Part shown: positions 1-7,435 of the stretch, in pieces
Position numbering within the stretch: position 1 is the stretch's first letter
How the letters are laid out: each line of letters opens with the position of its first letter
DNA from: an uncultured Candidatus Rokubacteria bacterium
Lineage (GTDB): Bacteria; Methylomirabilota; Methylomirabilia; Rokubacteriales; CSP1-6
Reading direction: 5' to 3'
Assembly: GCA_963754315.1 (NCBI GenBank)
Contig: CAVWFS010000018.1
Location: 384,001-448,000, forward strand
DNA: 64,000 bases
Program-made: the position numbers and the translations under genes
The notes under the pieces: generated by a model
The model's database searches: none
What the model saw: only the letters and a program-made list of their open reading frames with translations
What the model was told of the DNA's origin: nothing

Positions 1-23
1 CGGAGCCGTCGCACGGCTCGATC

Positions 24-71
24 TTGGCGGTTCCTTGCCACACGGCGGCCTCTTCTTGACGAAACCTTGAT
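24..71 (+). promoter_or_regulatory. Four-box direct-repeat operator (TTGAC-N6-TTGAC-N16-TTGAC-N6-TTGAC type), candidate KdpE/OmpR-family site
   Basis: ttggc(24), ttgcc(35), ttgac(56), ttgat(67): spacing 11/21/11, the same architecture as the sites at 5351-5398 and 6034-6081; lies upstream of CBS-kdpFABC. Confidence 0.6.
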
Positions 72-129
72 GGCGTCTTGCGTCATTGTGCCTTTGCACC
101 ACGGGGGCGCGACGAGGACGGTGACAGAC

Positions 130-639
130 ATGCACGGGACACAAGCGGAAGCGCCAAGGAGTCCGATTGGCAGGTCGCTGATCGGGGACGTGATGACGCC
201 AATGCCAGTCACTGTGGACACTGGGGCGTCTATTCTCGCCGCCGCGCGACTGATGCTGGGGCACGAGATCGGTGGCCTGCCTGTCTTGCGTCACGGCCTG
301 GTGGCGGGCATCATCACGCGGACGGATCTTGTTGCGCGTCTGGTCCCGCGAGAGCGAGTCTGGTGGTGGAGGGCGTTCGCCGATCAGGAGCGCTTGACTC
401 GCGAATGCCAACGGGCGGGGCAGATCACGGTCGGTCAGATCATGAGCCAACCCCCCGTCACCGCATATCCAGACGACACCATCGAGACGGCCGCGGGTCT
501 TCTTCACCGCTATGGGATTGGCCGGTTGCCGGTGATGGACCACGACCGCCTGGTCGGCATCGTGACCAACTCCGACCTACTGCGGGCCCTCGTCCAAGGA
601 TGTCCGGGTCTGGCGTCTGCAAACGGGAGGGTGCAATGA
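130..639 (+). CDS. CBS-domain pair protein
   Basis: Two CBS repeats (IGDVMTPMPVTV...IGGLPV...VAGIITRTDL; VGQIMSQPPVTA...IGRLPV...LVGIVTNSDLL). ATG at 130 chosen because the ORF-track start at 67 falls inside the operator. Confidence 0.85.
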   Translation: MHGTQAEAPRSPIGRSLIGDVMTPMPVTVDTGASILAAARLMLGHEIGGLPVLRHGLVAGIITRTDLVARLVPRERVWWWRAFADQERLTRECQRAGQITVGQIMSQPPVTAYPDDTIETAAGLLHRYGIGRLPVMDHDRLVGIVTNSDLLRALVQGCPGLASANGRVQ

Positions 640-719
640 ACGACGTCCTCTACGTAGGTCTTGCGCTCGGCTTCTTTGCTCTGTCCTGGGCATTCATCAG
701 GCTGTGTGACCGATTGTAG
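636..719 (+). CDS. 27-aa single-TM micro-protein upstream of kdpF (MNDVLYVGLALGFFALSWAFIRLCDRL)
   Basis: GGGAGG RBS at 625-630, ATGA overlap with the CBS stop, hydrophobic helix, followed directly by the kdpF RBS. Confidence 0.7.
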   Translation: MNDVLYVGLALGFFALSWAFIRLCDRL

Positions 720-728
720 GAGGCCTCT

Positions 729-821
729 ATGCCAATGCTCTACGTGGTCGGTGCGATCGTCTCACTCGGCCTGCTGGTCTATCTCGTGCTGGCTCTCCTG
801 AAACCGGAGCTGTTCTCATGA
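729..821 (+). CDS. kdpF: K+-transporting ATPase subunit F
   Basis: [30 protein letters not shown] matches the KdpF pattern LLxYLxxALLxPExF; AGGAGG RBS; ATGA overlap with kdpA; absent from the ORF track because it is too short. Confidence 0.9.
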   Translation: MPMLYVVGAIVSLGLLVYLVLALLKPELFS

Positions 822-2623
822 CTGCCAACGGATACTTCCAGCTCGCGTTCTACATCGTCGTCCTCCTGGTCCTCGCCAAGCCGCTCGGGGCCTACATGGC
901 GCGGGTCTACGAGGGCCGGCGCTTGGCTCTCGAGCGTGTCTTCGGCTGGCTCGAACGGCTCATGTATCGGATCTGCGGGGTGGCTCCAGAGGTCGAGATG
1001 GGTTGGAAGGGCTATGCGATCGCGATGATGCTCTTCAACCTGGTCGGGCTCCTCGCCGTCTACCTGCTTCAGAGACTGCAGGGAGGTCTCCCTTTGAACC
1101 CGCAGGCCTTCGGCGCCGTCTCGGTGGACTCGTCCTTCAATACGGCCGTGAGCTTCGCCACCAACACGAATTGGCAGGGTTACGGCGGCGAAACAACGAT
1201 GAGCTACCTCACCCAGATGCTGGGTCTCACGGTCCAGAACTTCGTTTCCGCCGCCGCCGGCATGGCAACCTTGGCCGCGCTGATCCGTGGGCTGGCCCGT
1301 CGCTCCGCCCAGACGATCGGCAACTTCTGGGTGGATCTCACACGCACCACCCTCTACATTCTGCTGCCCCTGTCCTTCATCGGGGCCCTCGTCCTCGTCT
1401 CGCAGGGGGTGGTACAGAACTTCAGGTCCTACGAGAAGGCGGCCGTCCTTCAGCCCATCGAGTACGACGAGCCGGTCACCGATGATCAGGGCAAGCCGGT
1501 CTTGGACGAGAAGGGCCAGCCCAAGACCAAGAAAACCAAGCTGACCGAGCAGGTCATCGCGGTGGGACCGGCCGCGTCGCAGATCATGATCAAGCAGCTC
1601 GGCACGAACGGCGGCGGCTTCTTCAACGTTAACTCGGCGCACCCCTTCGAGAACGCCACGCCGCTCTCGAACTTCATCGAGCTGCTGGCGATCCTCGTGA
1701 TCTCGGGGGCGCTGTGCTACACCTTCGGAGTCATGGTCAAGGACACCCGGCAAGGATGGGTGATTCTGGCGGCCATGACGGCGATCTTCGTGGTGCTCCT
1801 GGCCGTATGCGTCATCGCCGAGCAGCGCGGTCACACTCTCGCCTACCTCGGCGTCGATCACGCCGCCACCGACCTTCAGGCGGGTGGCAACATGGAGGGC
1901 AAGGAAACCCGCTTCGGCATCGCCAACTCGGCGCTGTGGGCCACGGCCACCACCGCCGCCTCCAACGGCTCGGTGAACTCGATGCACGATTCTTACACTC
2001 CCATTGGCGGCCTGGTCCCGATGTGGCTGATGCAGCTCGGCGAGGTCGTCTTCGGGGGCGTGGGCTCCGGCCTCTACGGGATGATCGTGTTCGCCATCAT
2101 CGCCGTCTTTGTGGCGGGCCTGATGGTGGGCCGCACACCCGAGTACCTGGGCAAGAAGATCGAGGCCTACGAGATGAAAATGGCTTCGCTCGTTATCCTG
2201 ATTCCGCCGGCGATCGTGCTGATCGGGGCAGCCGTCGGGGTCGTGGCGCCGGGGGGCAGGGCGACGATCTTCAACCCAGGCGCCCACGGCTTCAGCGAGG
2301 TGCTCTACGCGTTCTCGTCGGCCGGCAACAACAACGGCAGCGCCTTCGCCGGCCTTGGCGCCAACACACCCTTCTACAACACCGCGCTCGGCTTCGCCAT
2401 GCTGTTCGCGCGGTACTGGCTGGCCATTCCTACCCTCGCGATCGCGGGGTCCCTGGCTCAGAAGAAGATCGTGCCGGCCGGCGCCGGCACCTTGCCGACA
2501 CACACGCCCCTGTTTGCGACCCTGCTGGTCGGGGTAGTGGTGCTCGTGGGAGCCCTGACGTTCATCCCGGCGCTGGCGCTGGGGCCGATCGTGGAGCACC
2601 TCACCATGGTCGGAGCCAAGTGA
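818..2623 (+). CDS. kdpA: K+-transporting ATPase subunit A
   Basis: [36 protein letters not shown] and NNNGSAFAG selectivity-filter motifs. Confidence 0.98.
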   Translation: MTANGYFQLAFYIVVLLVLAKPLGAYMARVYEGRRLALERVFGWLERLMYRICGVAPEVEMGWKGYAIAMMLFNLVGLLAVYLLQRLQGGLPLNPQAFGAVSVDSSFNTAVSFATNTNWQGYGGETTMSYLTQMLGLTVQNFVSAAAGMATLAALIRGLARRSAQTIGNFWVDLTRTTLYILLPLSFIGALVLVSQGVVQNFRSYEKAAVLQPIEYDEPVTDDQGKPVLDEKGQPKTKKTKLTEQVIAVGPAASQIMIKQLGTNGGGFFNVNSAHPFENATPLSNFIELLAILVISGALCYTFGVMVKDTRQGWVILAAMTAIFVVLLAVCVIAEQRGHTLAYLGVDHAATDLQAGGNMEGKETRFGIANSALWATATTAASNGSVNSMHDSYTPIGGLVPMWLMQLGEVVFGGVGSGLYGMIVFAIIAVFVAGLMVGRTPEYLGKKIEAYEMKMASLVILIPPAIVLIGAAVGVVAPGGRATIFNPGAHGFSEVLYAFSSAGNNNGSAFAGLGANTPFYNTALGFAMLFARYWLAIPTLAIAGSLAQKKIVPAGAGTLPTHTPLFATLLVGVVVLVGALTFIPALALGPIVEHLTMVGAK

Positions 2624-2634
2624 GGTCGACTCTG

Positions 2635-4704
2635 ATGATTGAAAGCAAGAAGCGTCCTCTGTTCGATCGCGCGATCCTGTGGCAGGCGGTGCTCGACTCG
2701 TTCGGCAAGCTGACGCCGCAGCGCCAGGTTCGGAATCCCGTGATGTTCGTAGTCTACGTCGGATCGATCCTGACCACCTTGCTGTGGTTCCAGGCGCTCG
2801 TCGGCCGTGGAGAAGCGCCGGCCGGCTTCATCTTTGCGGTATCAATCTGGCTCTGGTTCACCGTGCTCTTCGCGAACTTTGCCGAGGCCATGGCCGAGGG
2901 GCGGGGGAAGGCGCAGGCGGAGTCGCTGCGCAAGGCGCGCCGGGAGGTCCAGGCCAAGCGCCTGGCGAGTGCCCATCGCGGAGCCCCGGTCACGATGGTT
3001 CCCGCCACGTCGCTGCGCAAGGGAGACGTCTTCCTGGTGGAGGCTGGCGATGTCATCCCGGCCGATGGCGAGATCCTCGAAGGCGTCGCCTCGGTCAACG
3101 AGAGCGCGATCACGGGCGAGAGCGCGCCCGTCATCCGGGAAGCCGGCGGTGACCGCAGCTCGGTCACCGGGGGCACCCTCGTGCTCTCCGACTGGCTGAT
3201 CGTGCGGGTGATCGCGAATCCCGGTGAGGCGTTTCTCGATCGCATGATCGCGCTGGTCGAGGGGGCCAAGCGCCAGAAGACTCCGAACGAGATCGCGCTC
3301 GACATCTTGCTGGCCGGTCTGACCATCATCTTCCTGCTGGCCACGGCCACCCTCCTTCCCTACTCGATCTACAGCGTCCAGACGGCTGGACAGGGAACTC
3401 CGGTGACGGTCACGGTACTGGTCGCCCTGCTGGTGTGCCTGATCCCGACGACCATCGGGGCGTTGTTGTCCGCCATCGGTATCGCGGGGATGGATCGCAT
3501 GATCCAGGCCAACGTCATCGCCACCTCGGGCCGCGCGGTCGAGGCGGCCGGCGACGTGGATGTGCTCCTCCTCGACAAGACGGGCACCATCACACTTGGC
3601 AACCGACAGGCCACCGCCTTTCTCCCGGCCCACGGGGTCACCGAGCAAGCCCTGGCCGATGCCGCCCAGCTCTCCTCCCTGTCGGACGAGACGCCGGAAG
3701 GGCGGTCCATCGTTGTTCTGGCCAAAGAGAAGTACGGCATCCGCGAGCGTGATGTCGAGAAGCTGGGCGCCAAGTTCATCGCCTTCACGGCCCAGACGCG
3801 CATGAGCGGGGTGGACCTCAACGGGCACCAAATCCGCAAGGGAGCCCCGGACGCCATCGAGGCGCACGTCGCCCGCCTGGGTGGCGAGTATTCGGTCACC
3901 GTGCGTGCGCTGGTGGAGAGCATCGCCAAGGGTGGGGCGACCCCCTTGGCGGTGGCCGATGGACCGAACGTTCTGGGCGTCATTCAGCTGAAGGACATCG
4001 TCAAGGGCGGCATCAGCGAACGCTTCGCCGAGCTTCGTCGTATGGGCATCAAGACCGTCATGATCACCGGCGACAACCCACTCACGGCAGCGGCCATCGC
4101 CGCCGAGGCCGGGGTGGACGACTTTCTCGCGGAGGCGACGCCGGAGGCCAAGCTCAAGTTGATCCGGGATCTGCAGGCCGAGGGTCGCCTGGTCGCCATG
4201 ACCGGCGACGGAACAAACGACGCGCCGGCGCTGGCCCAGGCCGACGTGGCGGTGGCCATGAACAGCGGGACCCAGGCCGCCAAAGAGGCCGGCAACATGG
4301 TCGACCTCGACTCGAATCCAACGAAATTGCTGGAGGTGGTCGAGACGGGCAAGCAGATGCTGATGACGCGCGGGGCGCTCACGACCTTCAGTATCGCCAA
4401 CGATGTGGCCAAGTACTTCGCCATCATTCCGGCGGCGTTTGCGACGACCTATCCCGCTCTGGCCGCGCTCAACATCATGCACCTCGCCACGCCCCACAGC
4501 GCCATCCTGTCGGCGGTGATCTTCAACGCGCTGATCATCGTCGCGCTCATCCCGCTCGCGCTGCGCGGGGTGCGTTACCGGTCCATCGGGGCCAGCGCGC
4601 TCCTGCGTCGTCACCTGTGGATCTACGGCGTGGGAGGCATCATCGTTCCGTTCATCGGGATCAAGGCGATCGACATGCTGCTGGTCGCTCTCGGACTGGT
4701 CTGA
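2635..4704 (+). CDS. kdpB: K+-transporting ATPase subunit B (P-type ATPase)
   Basis: [30 protein letters not shown] motifs; real start is ATG 2635 within the longer track ORF. Confidence 0.98.
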   Translation: MIESKKRPLFDRAILWQAVLDSFGKLTPQRQVRNPVMFVVYVGSILTTLLWFQALVGRGEAPAGFIFAVSIWLWFTVLFANFAEAMAEGRGKAQAESLRKARREVQAKRLASAHRGAPVTMVPATSLRKGDVFLVEAGDVIPADGEILEGVASVNESAITGESAPVIREAGGDRSSVTGGTLVLSDWLIVRVIANPGEAFLDRMIALVEGAKRQKTPNEIALDILLAGLTIIFLLATATLLPYSIYSVQTAGQGTPVTVTVLVALLVCLIPTTIGALLSAIGIAGMDRMIQANVIATSGRAVEAAGDVDVLLLDKTGTITLGNRQATAFLPAHGVTEQALADAAQLSSLSDETPEGRSIVVLAKEKYGIRERDVEKLGAKFIAFTAQTRMSGVDLNGHQIRKGAPDAIEAHVARLGGEYSVTVRALVESIAKGGATPLAVADGPNVLGVIQLKDIVKGGISERFAELRRMGIKTVMITGDNPLTAAAIAAEAGVDDFLAEATPEAKLKLIRDLQAEGRLVAMTGDGTNDAPALAQADVAVAMNSGTQAAKEAGNMVDLDSNPTKLLEVVETGKQMLMTRGALTTFSIANDVAKYFAIIPAAFATTYPALAALNIMHLATPHSAILSAVIFNALIIVALIPLALRGVRYRSIGASALLRRHLWIYGVGGIIVPFIGIKAIDMLLVALGLV

Positions 4705-4719
4705 GAAAGGAGTCGTGAC

Positions 4720-5289
4720 ATGCTGGCCTATCTGCGACCGGCCATTCTCATGACCCTCGTGATGACCGTGCTCACGGGGCTCATCTACCCGCTGGTCGTC
4801 ACCGGAATCGCTCAGGTTCTTTTCCCCCGGCAGGCTAACGGGAGCCTGATCATCAAGGATGGCAAAGTGGTGGGCTCCTCGCTCATCGGACAGCCCTTCG
4901 ATGACCCTCGGTACTTCTGGAGTCGCCCCTCGGCCACCTCGCCCTTTCCGTACAATGCGGCGGCCTCGTCCGGCTCGAATCTGGGCCCGACCAACCCCGC
5001 CCTCCACGACGCAGTGAAGGCGCGCGTGGAGGCGCTGCGGGCGGCGGATCCCGGCAATACCACTCCGGTCCCGGTCGATCTCGTGACGGCGTCCGGGAGC
5101 GGGCTCGATCCGCACATCAGCCCTGCCGGGGCCTTGTACCAGGTCCGGCGGGTGGCCAAGGCTCGTGGGCTCGGCGAAGAAGCCGTGCGTGCGCTGGTGG
5201 AGCAGCACATCGAAGGCCGCCAGCTCGGCTTTCTCGGCGAGCCGCGCGTGAACGTACTGGCGCTGAATCACGCCCTCGATGCCCGGTGA
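4720..5289 (+). CDS. kdpC: K+-transporting ATPase subunit C
   Basis: N-terminal [43 protein letters not shown]. Confidence 0.97.
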   Translation: MLAYLRPAILMTLVMTVLTGLIYPLVVTGIAQVLFPRQANGSLIIKDGKVVGSSLIGQPFDDPRYFWSRPSATSPFPYNAAASSGSNLGPTNPALHDAVKARVEALRAADPGNTTPVPVDLVTASGSGLDPHISPAGALYQVRRVAKARGLGEEAVRALVEQHIEGRQLGFLGEPRVNVLALNHALDAR

Positions 5290-5350
5290 CCCGACGGCGC
5301 ACACTCGTCGAAGCGCCCTCCTTCGTCTCCCCATGAGACGACGACCAAGC

Positions 5351-5398
5351 GTCAACGCGGCGTCAAGAGGTGTTGTTGTTACGTCAAGGTGAAGTCAA
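5351..5398 (-). promoter_or_regulatory. Four-box TTGAC direct-repeat operator on the minus strand
   Basis: GTCAA at 5351, 5362, 5383 and 5394 (four perfect copies, spacing 11/21/11). Confidence 0.65.
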
Positions 5399-5525
5399 GC
5401 CCAGTCGCAGCATTCGACGATCACCTGCGACCTGCGACGGTTCGCTCCTCACCGCTGCGCGGGGAGCCCGTGCCTTTCGCGCTGCGCGAAAACGTGGTGA
5501 GCGTGAAGCGTCCGAACTCGTCTTC

Positions 5526-5759
5526 TTACTTTGCCACAGAAGGAGGGGCGACCATGAAGCCGACCACGATCGCAAACCCGAGGATCACGGCCGCCATGAT
5601 GATGGCGATCCCGAGATTCCCCTTTCTGAGTTCCTCCCACTCGTCTACGGGTGTGAGCCACGTGAAGACTTTTAGCAAGATCCAAAGGGAAACGGCCATC
5701 GTCACGGCACCCACGATCCCCCAACCAAAGGTCTTCAGATAGTCAAGCAACAACTCCAT
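5526..5759 (-). CDS. DUF350-family small membrane protein
   Basis: 77 aa, two TM segments around the family-typical LTPVDEWEELRKGNLGIAI; GGGAGGG RBS. Confidence 0.8.
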   Translation of the reverse strand: MELLLDYLKTFGWGIVGAVTMAVSLWILLKVFTWLTPVDEWEELRKGNLGIAIIMAAVILGFAIVVGFMVAPPSVAK

Positions 5760-5888
5760 GCCACCCTCCCTGCGCGCGCCTCACTCGAGGTGCTCCGCGA
5801 TCCGCCACGGCGGTTACGTGGTCTGAATGGCCGAGAGTCCCACCACGACCACGAGGGTTCGACGGTTCCTGGAAGCACCTCCAACACC

Positions 5889-5916
5889 GTATTGTACCCG
5901 CGGTATTGTACCCGCG
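5889..5916. repeat. Perfect 14-bp tandem duplication GTATTGTACCCGCG x2
   Basis: Read directly; each unit reads TACAAT (-10-like) on the minus strand upstream of the DUF350 gene. Confidence 0.85.
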
Positions 5917-6033
5917 CGCCCGAGGAGCCGACGGGGGCGCTCTCGCCGGAGGCTGCGACTGAGCATGGGTGCGACGGGCGGTGCGCTCCGCTGGCCACGA
6001 GCCGGAGCATCCCGCAATCGCTCAAGACCCGTC

Positions 6034-6081
6034 CTGACTTTTCCTTGACGTGAAGTGCCGCGAGTTTGACGGCAGCTTGAC
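6034..6081 (+). promoter_or_regulatory. Four-box TTGAC direct-repeat operator upstream of argB
   Basis: ctgac(6034), ttgac(6045), ttgac(6066), ttgac(6077): spacing 11/21/11. Confidence 0.65.
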
Positions 6082-6121
6082 CTCATGCGCCCGTCTTATG
6101 GGGGGTGAGGAGAACGGTGCG

Positions 6122-7012
6122 ATGATCAAGATTGCCACGGAGCCGAATTCACTCGACCAGCGAAGGGTTGGTGTCATGCTGAGCGGGCTCAATTATCTGA
6201 GCCTGTGGCGCGACCGAACCGTAGTGATCAAGTACGGCGGCGCCGCGATGGGACGTGACGAGCTCCGGACATCCTTTGCCCGGGACGTGGCGCGTCTTCG
6301 CGCCGCAGGCGTCCATCCCGTCATCGTCCACGGCGGAGGGCCCCAAATCGACACCCTCATGCGACGCCTCGGCAAGACTCCGCGCTTCGTCGATGGCCTC
6401 CGCGTGACCGACGACGAGACGATGGAGCTGGTGGAGATGGTTCTGGTGGGTCGCATCAACCCCGAGATCGTGGGGCTTATCAACCAGCACGGCGGCCACG
6501 CGATCGGTCTCAACGGCAAGGACTCCGATCTGATCGTCGCCCACCCGCGGCCGCACCGGCTGCCCAATGGCGAGAGCGTGGACCTGGGGTTCGTCGGCGA
6601 CGTCGAGTCGATCAATCCGGATCCGCTCCGGCTTCTCGATGGGCACGGCTTCATCCCCGTCATCGCCCCCATCGCGACCGGGCGTGACGGGGCAACCTAC
6701 AACGTCAACGCGGATCACGTGGCCGGCATGGTCGCGGCGGCCCTTGGCGCGGCGGTCTTTCTCCAGCTCACGGATGTTCCCGGCATCCTCGACCGCGAGG
6801 GCCACGCGCTCGACGTCGTGAGCCGGCGGGACCTCGAGCGTCTGGTGCGCGAGCGCGTGGTCGACGGCGGCATGCTGCCGAAGATCGATGCGGCCATGAG
6901 CGCGCTCGAGGGCGGCGTGGCCCGGGTGCGGATCATCGACGGGCGGCGACCGCACGCGGTTGTCCTGGCGCTGCTCGCGGGCGAGGGCTTCGGCACGGAG
7001 GTCGTCCGGTGA
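6122..7012 (+). CDS. argB: Acetylglutamate kinase
   Basis: VIKYGGAAM, VHGGGPQI, GLRVTD, NVNAD, LTDVPG, GGMLPKI; ATG 6122 follows a GAGGAG RBS. Confidence 0.93.
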   Translation: MIKIATEPNSLDQRRVGVMLSGLNYLSLWRDRTVVIKYGGAAMGRDELRTSFARDVARLRAAGVHPVIVHGGGPQIDTLMRRLGKTPRFVDGLRVTDDETMELVEMVLVGRINPEIVGLINQHGGHAIGLNGKDSDLIVAHPRPHRLPNGESVDLGFVGDVESINPDPLRLLDGHGFIPVIAPIATGRDGATYNVNADHVAGMVAAALGAAVFLQLTDVPGILDREGHALDVVSRRDLERLVRERVVDGGMLPKIDAAMSALEGGVARVRIIDGRRPHAVVLALLAGEGFGTEVVR

Positions 7013-7435
7013 GCGCAACGCTGAACGGCGGGCCTGCCGAGTACATGAGGCCTTCGCCCTAGAGTGGTCCGCGACGACAGCATCGGCACTCGATTCGCCC
7101 AATCATGGGGTGGACGCCAGCAGGCTAGGACGACTGTGTTACCAAGCTCGCCCTGAGCTCCTGACGCGTCAACCGAGCCTGCCTCGGCAAGGGAGAGAGG
7201 ATCACTCTCTCGAGGGCGAATCAAGAGGTCGAGTTCGTGGGCCGCGCCTGGTGAGGACTGTAAGAAGGGATCGGGGAAGCGGGGGCGAACCGCGCGGTCG
7301 ACGCTGACGAACTGGGCGCGACGGAGCGACCAGGTCCTGGCGAGGAGGAGGCGGACGGTCCTTCACAATCGTCCGAGCAACTCGCGTGGCAAGCGAGCGG
7401 CGTAGAATAGAGGCCGCTGAGCGGAGGCTTCCGTC

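Noticed and set aside
1455..1550. KdpA loop insertion with an internal repeat ([15 protein letters not shown])
   Set aside because: Variable periplasmic loop insertions are common in KdpA; no evidence of a separate element
1714..2634. 307-aa N-terminal extension of KdpB; similar extensions on YedE (11331), MFP (38842) and permease (38150)
   Set aside because: Alternate-frame overlap with the upstream gene; the real starts lie just after the upstream stops
7013..7435. 420-nt gap before kdpD with short palindromes (TGACGCGTCA, GAGAGAG/CTCTCTC); considered a c-di-AMP riboswitch or sRNA
   Set aside because: No recognisable riboswitch consensus and no four-box operator; short stems are expected by chance at this GC content. 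An Rfam scan would settle it
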